DNA of 58,911 nucleotides, from IMG/VR virus record IMGVR_UViG_3300036853_000162, positions 1-58,911 of that record; one strand, given 5' to 3'. This document shows positions 45,772-55,651 of the stretch, one piece after another. Position 1 is the stretch's first letter. Every line of letters begins with the position of its first letter. The stretch comes from a virus (taxonomy: Duplodnaviria > Caudoviricetes). The notes under the pieces are model-generated. The model saw only the letters and a list, made by a program, of their open reading frames with translations, ran no database searches and was not told the DNA's origin. A program made the translations under genes and the position numbers.

Positions 45772-46696
45772 TTACAAGTAGGTGTGCCGCTGTACGCGCC
45801 AGTGGCAACCGCACGGAGCAAACGGCTTCTCCATGGCTGCAGCCAAATCATCTGCAGACCAGACCTTGCGCGCATCGCACACCGAGCAGGTGGTTACGAA
45901 GATCTCGGTCCCCTGCTCCTGTGGATCGAGGGAGCTGTTATAGCCCTCCTCGTCGCATTGGTAGTATTCCTGGCTCATCTCATTGCTCCTTCCGCCGGGC
46001 AGCCCGGCCTATTGCTCCCCTACCTTGAGGCTTATCACCGCATACACCACCGGATACCGGTCGATGGGTGAATCCACCAACGCCACGATCAGCCCATGAG
46101 GGCGCAGGTACTCATTGAGTTGCGCCTGTTCAGGCGCAATCCGATCATCCTGCCCCGTCCGCTTCCACTCGTTCAGGTCATCCAGTGTCCGCGCCAGCTC
46201 CATGTAATCCACGCTCATTGCTCCTCTGCCGGGATACGCCCGGCGCTCACTTTCAGGCGTCGATTTCCGCCTGCCGTTTTGCTTTCTCGTACATGTCCTT
46301 CAGTCGTTCCCAGAGCAACGGCGCGGGGTTCTCTGCCCTGACGGCCACCACCGCCTGTTCTGGCGTCAGCCAGTCCACTCGCTCGACACGAGCAGACGAC
46401 GGGAGCCCATAACAAAACGCATTGATGGCCCGCACCACTGCCGCCGTCGCTCCGGCAAAGAGATACACCTGCATCGTCTAGTCCCTCCTGCTCAGGTACC
46501 CCTCAAGCCATTCTTCCATGCCATCGGGAGCGGGTTTGCCGTCCCGCACGTCCTGCAATGCGCGATAGGCTTGGTTGGCCTGCTGCTCCAACCACTCACG
46601 CCCTTCGGCTCCTCCTGCCCGCCTTGTGTTCTCTTCCTCGGCCATCCGTGCTCCACGCTCACGGTAATCCATCGTTCTTGCTCCTCTCAGGGGCAA
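45772..46696 (-). other. Four small hypothetical ORFs (45772..45978, 46009..46218, 46253..46474, 46478..46672)
   Basis: Each has a GGAG/GAGG-type RBS; co-oriented early block. Confidence 0.55.
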
Positions 46697-46796
46697 CCAG
46701 CCTCAGCCAGTTCCCCATGCTCTCGTTCTCGTCTTATCCCCTTTTCTCCTGCCCGGAGGCCCGCTTGCCCGCTTGCCCTCCTGCCCTGTCATCATA

Positions 46797-47288
46797 CTAT
46801 GCCGCGCTGTAGAAATCATCCGGGTACATCTCGCGGTACACCTCCGCACTGACCGGCGCGAACTCGTCAGCCACATGCTGCTGCACATCCTCGGCCATCT
46901 GTCCCAGGACCATCGGCGCAACCACGCGGGCCTCGTCCAGCTCGTTCTGGCGCTGTGCATCCTCGTAGCGAGCAATGGCGCGGGCCGATGCATTGCGACT
47001 GTGAACGCATGCATGACGGAAACCATAGCCATCGCAGGTGCATACGTAGCCCTCAGCCGCCCACGTGACGACGTAGCCATAGCCATTGTAGGTGTCCGAG
47101 GCGTACACGTCCAGATGCTCACCATTGCGCACGAACGAGGCGCGTTTGACGCCCGCAATCATGCGCACCAGACGGCCCTCACGGACCATTACCGCCTGCT
47201 TCAGGTACTTCTCTGCCTTGCGCTCCTCAGCGGTCTTGCGGGCCTTGCGAGGTGCCTCTATGGCCATGGGTGCGATTGCTGGTGTCAT
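46797..47288 (-). CDS. SWIM zinc-finger protein
   Basis: CTCDGY...ACVH; AAGGAG RBS. Confidence 0.75.
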   Translation of the reverse strand: MTPAIAPMAIEAPRKARKTAEERKAEKYLKQAVMVREGRLVRMIAGVKRASFVRNGEHLDVYASDTYNGYGYVVTWAAEGYVCTCDGYGFRHACVHSRNASARAIARYEDAQRQNELDEARVVAPMVLGQMAEDVQQHVADEFAPVSAEVYREMYPDDFYSAA

Positions 47289-47372
47289 GCTCCTTCTGCG
47301 CGGGCTCAATTGGATGTTGTCATCCCGCGCCTTTGCCGCTCCGAGTCATCTCCCGGAGCGGCGTTTTTTCTC

Positions 47373-47722
47373 TTAGCTGGCTTTCTTCGCGCCTGCCAGC
47401 GTCTTGTACCCGCGATACTCCGGCTGATAGTACCAGCCCAGACCATCGGTCCCGATGATGTGGCGCTGTGGGTAGTGCTTGCCATCGTGGCGGATGACGC
47501 GCTGTTCGCCAGTGGTGCTGGTCCAGATCACATTCTCGATGGTTGTCTTCATGTTCGTTCTCCTTCTTGCTGCTACTTGCTGCGTGCGTCGAGCACTGCC
47601 TGATAGGTGCGCCCCCAGCGACGGCTCGGGAGCGCGTCCATGATGCGGGCGAACACATCCTTGTCGCTCAGGTCCGATGCGGCCAGCTCGTTCACCAGCG
47701 CCGCGATCTGCTTCTTGCTCAT
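47373..47722 (-). other. Two small ORFs opening the leftward early operon (47573..47722, 47373..47552)
   Basis: AAGGAG RBS before each. Confidence 0.55.
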
Positions 47723-47810
47723 TGCCGTCTCCTTCGTGCTCGTTCATCGGTAATCGTGGGCGGGAGTGAGCTCCCTTGACCATTGACTCACTCTCTCACC
47801 TCACAATCTA

Positions 47811-47928
47811 AGTATACACTCAATTTAAGCCGATTGCAAGGGATTTAAGCCACAAATTGACTGAAATTGGCGGGCATGGATAAAACTCGTTTGCGGGCCT
47901 TGACAATCTGCCCATAATAGTTTACTAT
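47811..47928. promoter_or_regulatory. Divergent promoter pair with repeated operator-like ATTTAAGCC
   Basis: Minus TTGCAA-N18-TATACT; plus TTGACA(47900)-N17-TACTAT; ATTTAAGCC at 47823 and 47843. Confidence 0.7.
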
Positions 47929-47962
47929 TGGCTTATCAAGTTCCAAAGGGGAGGTACCTCAA

Positions 47963-48247
47963 GTGTTAGATAAGCCCCAATATACCCTGCGGGAACTTTT
48001 TGACAACCTGCCTTGTACTCTCGTTGAACTGGGAGACAAGGCAGGATTGAATGAAGTTACCGTAGCGCGTATCAGAGATGGGAAGTCGGCAAGACGTGCA
48101 ACTGTTAACAAGTTGCTGATCGCTCTGTCGAAAATTTACGGACGACCGCTTTCACTGGGAAATGTTACTGGCGTGAGTATCACTGGTGATATGAGATCAG
48201 GGGGAGTTGATGCCGAGGATGATGTGGAGTATCCTCCGGCGGCTTAG
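47963..48247 (+). CDS. Cro/CI-type HTH regulator
   Basis: LVELGDKAGLNEVTVARIRDGK; GGAGG RBS. Confidence 0.8.
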   Translation: MLDKPQYTLRELFDNLPCTLVELGDKAGLNEVTVARIRDGKSARRATVNKLLIALSKIYGRPLSLGNVTGVSITGDMRSGGVDAEDDVEYPPAA

Positions 48248-48361
48248 GCCAGACCGCTGGCTTCATCCGGTTGGTCGCCTCGATCGGCCAGCGGTCTGTA
48301 GCTACACTCCAATTATAGCGAAGCTAAGATTATTCCCAAAATATCAGCAAGGAGGGCGTTC

Positions 48362-48847
48362 GTGAAGCTTACAGAAAAACAGCGAGTTAGCATGGAGAAC
48401 GTTCGGGCAAGAAGGTTGGACGCACCCTCCACGCTAACCGAGATTGAATGGGTGCAGACACTAGCGGATTTCAATGGGCTATGCGCTTACTGTCTGTACG
48501 AACCATTCACTGTGATGGAACACTTTCTACCTGTTCATATTGGCGGAACAAGCGTCAAGAATTGTATCCCTGCATGTCGCTCTTGCAACAATAAGAAAGG
48601 CGACGCAGTTGACGAACGACTGGTAGAGAAATTTGGAGAAGATGTTATCACGCGTATCCGGGCGTATCTCTACAACGGGCGGAAACCAGATATCCCATCG
48701 CCTGAAGCACTAAGCGAGCGGATAGAGCGGCACAAGAGACAGAAGCGCCATTTGCCTCCAAGAAAGACGCTTTATTATGCCGTATCAGAGGCACATGCCG
48801 CAAAACTAAGGAGCGAGGGTAAAGAGCACGTTGAGATATCGCAATAG
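48362..48847 (+). CDS. HNH endonuclease
   Basis: CAYC...EHFLP...GG....N..PACRSCNNKKG. Confidence 0.9.
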   Translation: MKLTEKQRVSMENVRARRLDAPSTLTEIEWVQTLADFNGLCAYCLYEPFTVMEHFLPVHIGGTSVKNCIPACRSCNNKKGDAVDERLVEKFGEDVITRIRAYLYNGRKPDIPSPEALSERIERHKRQKRHLPPRKTLYYAVSEAHAAKLRSEGKEHVEISQ

Positions 48848-48939
48848 CCCGCGCCAGAACCGTTATCGGGTCGAAGATATTTTCGGATTGAAGCTGGCCC
48901 CCAAACGAGGATTGCAGGAGACAGCAGCATAGGAGAGAC

Positions 48940-49263
48940 ATGGACGAGTTAGTTCTGAGCAAGACATGGCGACGCAAAATATACCTCATCGGTATCATCG
49001 GCGGGATCGGTGCGAACCTGATCATCCAGCCCATTCTTGTCCTGACGGGCGTCTATCCGGCCACGTGGCGGGTGATGCTCGCGATAAGCGGGGGAATGGC
49101 CGTCGGCGTGGCGATTGCTCTGGCGATCGTCTGGTGTGTCTTTCGTCTCTGGACGATCCGCATCTTGCTGAGAATCTCTTTGTCGGATGCACAGGAGCGC
49201 GTACGGGCGATAAGCGAGGGTCGGATTTACGGCTACAACCGTGATGGTTCGCCCCGACCATAG
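48940..49263 (+). CDS. Two-TM membrane protein
   Basis: AGGAG RBS; two hydrophobic segments. Confidence 0.7.
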   Translation: MDELVLSKTWRRKIYLIGIIGGIGANLIIQPILVLTGVYPATWRVMLAISGGMAVGVAIALAIVWCVFRLWTIRILLRISLSDAQERVRAISEGRIYGYNRDGSPRP

Positions 49264-49381
49264 CGAAAATGCCCCAAAATACGGGGTTTTGCCTTTTCGA
49301 TGGGTCAGATCGATGGCCTTGAGCTCAGGAGGGCGAAAGTGACGCGATTTACGGGGTTTTGCCAAAAAGGAGAGAGTATAG

Positions 49382-49921
49382 ATGGCAGAGGATTTGCCGG
49401 TACAGCTTCATCTGAGTAGCGAGGACGCCATGAGAGCAGAGGTCATACCGGCAACAAATGCCGATGGGAGTGGCATCCCATTCTGCAAGCCCTGTGGGGG
49501 AATGTGGACATCGACATGGGACCAAGAGACCCGGATATCGGGATGGGTGGAATGGTGTCAGGGTGAGTTTCAGACACCGTTGGTCGAGAAGTACTGGCAC
49601 TTGCTCACTCCGCAACCTGGGATCAGAGTCTATACGATAGACACGTACGATGATCTGACAAGGTTGTTGGGGCGATATGAGCGCCGCTTCACCGGCAAAT
49701 TTGCGAGTCTGGGATTTCGGCAGAACTATCTCGATTTTGAGCGTCTAGCTCAGGATTATGATGCCATCCATATGACCGATGATGGCCAGTGGGCAACGCG
49801 CCTGACCTACCCGGCGAATTTATACGGATGGGATTGCGAATGTACGCTCTGGTTTCGCTGGTGCTTCACGGAAGTGCAGAGAATCGAGCCGACAGTCACC
49901 GTAGAGGATATGGCCAGCTAA
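49382..49921 (+). CDS. Hypothetical phage protein (KPxGGxWTS...GWDCE motifs)
   Basis: AAGGAG RBS; enzyme-like motif pattern, function not assigned. Confidence 0.75.
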   Translation: MAEDLPVQLHLSSEDAMRAEVIPATNADGSGIPFCKPCGGMWTSTWDQETRISGWVEWCQGEFQTPLVEKYWHLLTPQPGIRVYTIDTYDDLTRLLGRYERRFTGKFASLGFRQNYLDFERLAQDYDAIHMTDDGQWATRLTYPANLYGWDCECTLWFRWCFTEVQRIEPTVTVEDMAS

Positions 49922-49971
49922 CAAAAGTGGCGCGATTTGCGGGGTTCAGACAGAAAAAGGCAGGTACAGGC

Positions 49972-50343
49972 ATGGGAGTCTACGCAAACGGGCGGCTCAT
50001 TTACGGGTTCGTCCACAATGATGAGACGAGCGATCTCTTTGAGGCCATCACCGATGCCTATCATGGGGACGAGGAAGAAGAGGTCTCAATCGAGGAGATG
50101 CACACGGACCTTCAGGAGAAGCATCAGATCGAAATCTATTCGGTGGGATACGCTGGCGTAGATATCCTCAGCGCGTTCTCAGCCTCCGCCAGTTCCAAGG
50201 GGTTTGATGATCAGGGGATCGAGGCGAAAGACATCAGCCAGACAGAGGAGTATGACAGGCGGATAGCAGCGTTCCTGACCGCGCTGGAGATTGATCCTGC
50301 CGGGTACAAGCCGGGATGGCGCATACTCGGATACATGGATTAG
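49972..50343 (+). CDS. Acidic hypothetical protein
   Basis: MGVYANGRLIYGF start just after a repeat copy. Confidence 0.7.
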   Translation: MGVYANGRLIYGFVHNDETSDLFEAITDAYHGDEEEEVSIEEMHTDLQEKHQIEIYSVGYAGVDILSAFSASASSKGFDDQGIEAKDISQTEEYDRRIAAFLTALEIDPAGYKPGWRILGYMD

Positions 50344-50353
50344 GAGGACAGGC

Positions 50354-50728
50354 ATGGCACAGGATCAGGAGCAGCGGCTTGCGGACATGCAGTCTCAGAT
50401 TGACGATCTGATCACGCAGGTTGCGGAGCTGCAGCGCCAGCGCCGTGAGGCAGAGGCGCGGGAGGTAACGCTGAGGTTGGAGGAACTGCGCTCGATGCAA
50501 CTCACCCTGCGCGGGGAACTCCACGGGACGCAGGACGCCATTCAGACTGAGATGCGGGCGTGGACGCGGGTGATGCGGAAAGAGGCGAATGGCTTTCAGG
50601 AGTATGTTCGGGAGAGGATGACCGGGCAGGATGCAGCGATTGCCCGGATAGAGGCGGGCCAACAAGAGCAGACGGTCACGCTGAAGCAGATCCTGGCTCT
50701 TCTGACGGCAGGGCCGGGACAGAACTGA
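50354..50728 (+). CDS. Coiled-coil hypothetical protein
   Basis: AGGAGG RBS; heptad pattern ending LKQILALL. Confidence 0.72.
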   Translation: MAQDQEQRLADMQSQIDDLITQVAELQRQRREAEAREVTLRLEELRSMQLTLRGELHGTQDAIQTEMRAWTRVMRKEANGFQEYVRERMTGQDAAIARIEAGQQEQTVTLKQILALLTAGPGQN

Positions 50729-50778
50729 CCATATAAAATGCCTCGATTTGCGGGGTTGAGACAAAAAGGGGAACGCGA

Positions 50779-50991
50779 GTGGACGACATATTCTTGCAAC
50801 TGACTAGCGCTGAGTCACTGGCGCTCATGCAAACCATCCTTTTCCGTATGGAGTACCTGAAGACACAGGCCAGGACAGCGGAGATGGTGAAAGAAATAAC
50901 CGCGCCAGGCTCGATATTGAAAAAAGCAGGCCCACAAATAGAACGAAGAGGCGAAGAGGCAGGGCGAAGCACCAAAGATCAGCAACAATAG
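50779..50991 (+). CDS. Hypothetical protein
   Basis: GTG start after a repeat copy and AAGGGG RBS. Confidence 0.55.
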   Translation: MDDIFLQLTSAESLALMQTILFRMEYLKTQARTAEMVKEITAPGSILKKAGPQIERRGEEAGRSTKDQQQ

Positions 50992-51084
50992 CGCCTCGCT
51001 GTCGGGCAAAGTCCCAAAACACAGTATCGAGACATGGCTCGCCCTACGCGAGCAGGACGAGCCGGGGACAGGAACAACTGATGA

Positions 51085-51735
51085 CTATGCTGGCAAGGTG
51101 GCGTCGATGGACTTCTGGTCGTATTTCGTCCAGAGATCGCCGGGGTTGTTCCAATCGATAGCGCTTGCGGTCGCATACTTCAGCACACACGATCCAATCT
51201 TGAGATCGGAACCGGATTGCTGAAACTGGACGACGTTGAGGGTGAGCGAGGAGAAATACCAGCCCTTTTGCCAGAAGGCGGTCTGAGTGTCCTGCATCGC
51301 ACCTTTGACTGCGGATTGCGTCACAGCAACCTTGTAGCCGAAGCCAGTGGAGAGCACGAGAGTAGCGGTTCCCTGGTTGTAGGATGTGACGGTTGCCTCT
51401 AGAGCGCTGGTGTTCAGAAAATCGTCGATCTGTGAGCGGGTAGGGCCGGATCGCTTCGGTGTCGCGGTTGGCGGTTTTGTGGCAGCGGGCGGCAATGTCG
51501 CGGCGGTCGTGGGTGAGACGTTGGTGACGGGCTGGCTGGTCGAAGTCGGCTGGAAGAGCGGATTGTGGCCGGTGGCCGCCAGAACGCCGCTACAAGTAGC
51601 ACAGGCGAGCAGGGCGACAATGATGGTCGCGCAGCCGATACCAATCTGAGCAAAGCGGCCACGACCACGATACCAGCGCCAGAGGTTACGGCGCGCCGGT
51701 TGCGGTGGCTGGTAGGGATACTGAGGTGGTTGCAT
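51085..51735 (-). CDS. Membrane-anchored surface protein with Thr/Pro linker (superinfection-exclusion candidate)
   Basis: AAGGA RBS; one TM segment, PTATP linker, globular C-terminus; oriented against its neighbours. Confidence 0.75.
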   Translation of the reverse strand: MQPPQYPYQPPQPARRNLWRWYRGRGRFAQIGIGCATIIVALLACATCSGVLAATGHNPLFQPTSTSQPVTNVSPTTAATLPPAATKPPTATPKRSGPTRSQIDDFLNTSALEATVTSYNQGTATLVLSTGFGYKVAVTQSAVKGAMQDTQTAFWQKGWYFSSLTLNVVQFQQSGSDLKIGSCVLKYATASAIDWNNPGDLWTKYDQKSIDATLPA

Positions 51736-51846
51736 GAGTAAGTGATCCTTTCTGCTAGAGATGAAATATCGAATCGATGATAGCAGATGGGGCAAGGCAC
51801 AAGAGTTCGTGTGACAAGCGCACACAGGGGCATGGAGGAATAGCAC

Positions 51847-52041
51847 ATGGACAAACAAGCGATCAAGAACCTGCTGACGCGGGTTGAGATGGACCTACAA
51901 TCCATTCAAGCCAATCTTTCCGGGGATGCGGAGAACGCCCCCACAAGCGTTCTCAAGAATAGCGTGTTGATCTCGCTGGCGCATCTGGAAGCCGACCAGC
52001 GACGGCTCCAGGAAGCGAAAGATCTCCTGAAGCAAGACTAA
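51847..52041 (+). CDS. Small helical protein
   Basis: GGAGG RBS; directly upstream of the structured RNA. Confidence 0.65.
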   Translation: MDKQAIKNLLTRVEMDLQSIQANLSGDAENAPTSVLKNSVLISLAHLEADQRRLQEAKDLLKQD

Positions 52042-52046
52042 TCCCT

Positions 52047-52428
52047 GAGCCATCCCGCTGGTGCGGATTAGCCGGTTCGATCCCGGCGATGGCGATTCCC
52101 CTTTAGTGGGGATACTGAATACCGTTCAACCGCACATCCGTGCGTGTTTAAAGGATGGCTTTATCGAGTAGCAAAACGAAGCGACAAAGCGGGGCGTGCC
52201 TCCAGCATTGACTGAGAGGTCGTGAAAAGCGTGGCGAATTCGCCGGAAGGGTCATAACCTCTCCCGTTACAGTGCTTGGCAGGCACAACAGGCAACAATG
52301 AGACGGTCATTCACAGCGGTGCGTTCAGTCCGCTGGTTGCCGAATTCTGTCGCGATTGATAGACTCTGGCGCTCGTCTTCTCTGGTTATGAGACGGGGCA
52401 ATGAGGGGCGCTAGCAATGTGTCAATCG
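52047..52428 (+). ncRNA. Putative large structured ncRNA containing a tRNA T-arm
   Basis: No ORF of 60 aa or more; over 12 nested helices; GCCGG-TTCGATC-CCGGC at 52071-87. Confidence 0.65.
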
Positions 52429-52619
52429 GGCTTCGATTGCTTCTTCCGGGCTTTCCGGGTGCAGGTCGCGCACACGTAGGTATGCTGATCTAGCCGATGC
52501 AGGGGCCGATCTGGCGTCCCGCATCGAGGGCACCGCCCGCGCATCTGGTTCACACCGCGCACCGTCGTCAGGTGCATTCCACGCTCATCGAGAATAGGTT
52601 TTTTCTTCTTTTGAGGCAT
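52422..52619 (-). CDS. Small basic Zn-ribbon protein
   Basis: CPRC...CATC. Confidence 0.5.
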   Translation of the reverse strand: MPQKKKKPILDERGMHLTTVRGVNQMRGRCPRCGTPDRPLHRLDQHTYVCATCTRKARKKQSKPD

Positions 52620-52649
52620 ATCATCACTCTATCATAAGGAGGTTCTCCT

Positions 52650-52979
52650 ATGCCACGACGAGGAGGAAGCGGACACTATTTTTCCATGTCAGGCCATCAA
52701 GAAGCCCTTCACGGATATTGTGTCTGCTGCTCTAACTACCGACGCCTACAATCCTATTTCGATGGCCAATATTACTGCTCATCCTGTCGGCGGAAACTCA
52801 CTGCTGGCCTGCGAAAAGCAAAACTGCTCCCCGAGCAAACCACCACGGAGCAGGAGGCTGCGGCCAGACTGGCAACCATCGAGGAGATGGCAACGAAGAT
52901 CCAGGCATCTCTGGCCAACGAGATCAAAACGACTAAGTGGTCTCCCAAGGGCAAATGGAGTCCGAAGCGCAGGAGGTAA
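52650..52979 (+). CDS. Zn-finger hypothetical protein
   Basis: AAGGAGG RBS; CVCC...CSSC. Confidence 0.65.
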   Translation: MPRRGGSGHYFSMSGHQEALHGYCVCCSNYRRLQSYFDGQYYCSSCRRKLTAGLRKAKLLPEQTTTEQEAAARLATIEEMATKIQASLANEIKTTKWSPKGKWSPKRRR

Positions 52980-53536
52980 GGCTGCGCGAGCGGTATGGAC
53001 CACTAGGCACAATTACCTATCCAGGAGGATACGAAATTCGTGGTGTTATCATGCGTAAACGGGGGGGGATTTCGTATCGCGGTTGAGAAGGGGCATTACG
53101 ATTTTCGCGGGGCGTGTAAAAATAGTAGATAGTTTGACTGGCTTTACACAAGAGAACATAGACAGTGTACCCATTGTGCGACAAATGGGGGATTGGGTAC
53201 CATTTCATTGGAGAAATGTCCCCATTGTGACGCCCCACGGTACAGACGCCACTCCTGCCGCATCTCCGACCCAATCCGATCCTGTGGAGGATCACCATGG
53301 CCATTTTCTTGCGGCATTATGCTGCATCCCAAATAATCCGATGTCGGCGAGGGGGTGAAAGCACACAGGGAACCGGCACCATCCAGTTATGAGCTGGCGG
53401 CGGTGCAACAACGAGAGACAATCATGTACCGTATAGAACGTCTCTCCCCAGAAGAATAACCTGACCGGTCAGGCTTCTCTCTTATCGGTATTGTAGCATG
53501 GACGAAATAGGATGGCTACCGCATTTCTGACGGTTT

Positions 53537-53770
53537 TTATTTGAGAGATGGTGGCTCGGGATCGGGCGCAAGCTCGATGAGTTCGCCGACCTCCACCTGG
53601 AGCGCTCTGGCCAGGCGCTCTAAGACAATGAGTGTGAGATTGCTATGTTCGGAGTCGCCATAGCGCCAGATACGACGCATCCGATCGACATCGATCAGTG
53701 CGAGTTGGCCCAGCCGAGTCTGGCTGATGCCCTTGCGTTGGGCAATCTCCTTCACTTTCAAGCGTATCAT
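53537..53770 (-). CDS. XRE/HTH_26 repressor candidate
   Basis: IRLKVKEIAQRKGISQTRL...LERLARALQVEVGELIE. Confidence 0.85.
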   Translation of the reverse strand: MIRLKVKEIAQRKGISQTRLGQLALIDVDRMRRIWRYGDSEHSNLTLIVLERLARALQVEVGELIELAPDPEPPSLK

Positions 53771-53871
53771 ATGTGCTCCCGTTTCTCTAGTGTAGTCTCG
53801 TCGGGGGCGCTTGTAGAGAGGCGTTCTGGCAGGGGAGAAGAACTGATAGAGCACATCAGGGCATAGTCATG

Positions 53872-53895
53872 GCAGGGGGGTTATAACCCCCCTGC
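53872..53895. promoter_or_regulatory. Perfect 24-bp palindrome upstream of the repressor candidate
   Basis: GCAGGGGGGTTA|TAACCCCCCTGC. Confidence 0.6.
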
Positions 53896-54127
53896 AAAAA
53901 TGAGGATCAGGCATTGACGAGCGGCATAGCCCGATTGGGAAAAGGGCGAGCTGCCCGCAGTGGTTGTTGGTCTGGGCTATGATGAGCAGCTCGCCTATGG
54001 TGGATAACCATCCTGCGAACAGGATCGGACAAGAATAGCCCGAATGGGTGATCACGGCTCATTGACGGCCTATCCTGACGGGATGATAGACTATGGAAAC
54101 GAGTTTCCTGGGATGGGCGGGAATGGC

Positions 54128-54156
54128 TTGACAGTGGGACTTCGGGGGCGTATACT
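54128..54156 (+). promoter_or_regulatory. Sigma70-type promoter
   Basis: TTGACA-N17-TATACT. Confidence 0.75.
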
Positions 54157-54234
54157 TGATATACGTACCTGTACATTGTTACACGCGCATATCACAAAGA
54201 CAGGAGGCGCTCCGACTGGGGGCGAGCAACGCTC

Positions 54235-54462
54235 ATGCAAGAGAGGAAGCTCAGCGTTCGGGACGTAGCCAACGAATTGCGGCGGCGCGGTTTTCCAACC
54301 ACAGAACGCACGGTTCGCGAGGAGATCAAAGCCAAGCGATTGCGAGCGTATGAGATTCGCAGAGTCTACTACATAGACAGAAGGGATCTCGACGCTTACA
54401 TTAAAGCCAGCGAGACCAAACCAGCGGATGGGGATCGGGAAGTAGAGAGCATCGGAGCCTGA
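54235..54462 (+). CDS. HTH_17 excisionase-like DNA-binding protein
   Basis: LSVRDVA...TERTV..I....LRAY......I...DLDAYI. Confidence 0.82.
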   Translation: MQERKLSVRDVANELRRRGFPTTERTVREEIKAKRLRAYEIRRVYYIDRRDLDAYIKASETKPADGDREVESIGA

Positions 54463-54693
54463 CAGGGCGCACTTCTATCTGGGGAGATTGGGAGCGCCCT
54501 GCCGGGAACCATCGAGGCTGTGGAGCCAACGTAACACAAACAGTCGGGGAAGCCCGTCTGCTATCTCTGCATTACTGTTTCATTTTATCAGGATTCAGGC
54601 GTGCATGTCAACACCTGGGCACACCTGGACATCAAAATATATTTATGAACGTGTTAAAAGAAATGTCGTTCTATAACGAATTGGAGCTAAGCA

Positions 54694-54945
54694 ATGGCAA
54701 TAGAAATGACCGATACCCTGCTCAAGCAATTGCTGACAGGGGACGAGGATGCCCTGATGACGGTCAAGCAGGCGGCAAAATTTCTGGCCGTCTCTGAGCA
54801 TCAGGTGCGGCGATACTACGAGGGCGGGCAACTGGAAATCGTCCCACTGGGGTCGAAAGCCATTCGCGTTCGACTGGGGGCGCTCAGGGCATTTGTTACG
54901 AAACGACGAGAGACCCGGATGCCGCTGAATGCGGTATCACACTGA
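54694..54945 (+). CDS. HTH_17 excisionase-like DNA-binding protein
   Basis: LMTVKQAAKFLAVSEHQVRR...IRVR...LRAFV. Confidence 0.82.
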   Translation: MAIEMTDTLLKQLLTGDEDALMTVKQAAKFLAVSEHQVRRYYEGGQLEIVPLGSKAIRVRLGALRAFVTKRRETRMPLNAVSH

Positions 54946-55268
54946 AAGGATAAACTCCTGCGAGTCAGTTCGGCTCGCAGGAGTTGGGGATTATCCGGCG
55001 CGACGAGGAGCGCCATTGGAGGTGGTCGATGGTTATGACACAGAATAGCACAAGTGAACGCACTTGTCACATGGGAGCGACTTCTGATGGGTCGAGAGGT
55101 GCTCGTCCCGCATCTCGGGAGTGTCCAATCTCACTTTGCAGTTATTCAATGGATAATAGCGCTCTTTACTCAGGTTGTCAAGGCAAGCGCCTGTACCGCA
55201 CAGGAGAGGGCGCGATTCTGAGGCAATTCGAGATGCCCCCCCTTTGCAGGCTCGCGGGAGGTGGCCGT

Positions 55269-55466
55269 ATGATTGCTCCTATTGTTCCAACCCGGCCAAC
55301 CAAATGCGATTGTGCAACGCCCGTCTTTCGCTTCCTCGATGGTCGCTGGCAATGTCTCAACTGCCAACTGTGGGCTGCTATCCACCTTACCCGAGACTGG
55401 GATGAGCAGCGCCGTATCCTCGCTCTGATGGCCACCATGAGGGCAGAGAGGCGGCCACACGCATGA
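55269..55466 (+). CDS. Small Zn-ribbon protein
   Basis: GGAGG RBS; CDC...WQCLNC. Confidence 0.55.
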   Translation: MIAPIVPTRPTKCDCATPVFRFLDGRWQCLNCQLWAAIHLTRDWDEQRRILALMATMRAERRPHA

Positions 55467-55651
55467 GCAAATGCCAGACCGTCTACCGTCTCCTGCGCCT
55501 GAGCCTGGCTCTTCGGCGGCGAAGGGAGGCCAGGCCGTGACCCGATCATTATTTTTCACCGGCATGATCGCCACCGGGATTCTGGTGGTCCTGGCCATCT
55601 GGTTCGGTGGCGCTTACAGCCAAATGTAGTTTCGCAAGAAAGAAGAGAGAT

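Larger units (their letters stand above)
49266..50769 (+). repeat. Four copies of a ~35-bp intergenic motif AAA(A/G)TG-C-CGATTT(A/G)CGGGGTT--G-CAAAAAGG
   Basis: Copies at about 49266-49293, 49336-49370, 49923-49960 and 50735-50769. Confidence 0.85.

Noticed and set aside
49266-50769. CRISPR array
   Set aside because: Repeats are degenerate and separated by whole genes of 40-780 bp, not uniform spacers; no cas genes
52060-52135. tRNA gene suggested by GGTTCGATCCC
   Set aside because: No acceptor stem, D-arm, anticodon arm or CCA in the right geometry; kept only as a T-arm within a larger RNA
53017-53530. Possible type I toxin-antitoxin locus or further ncRNA (CCCATTGTG repeats, CCTGACCGGTCAGG palindrome, 11-codon ORF)
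   Set aside because: No hydrophobic toxin peptide and too few consistent helices to support a call
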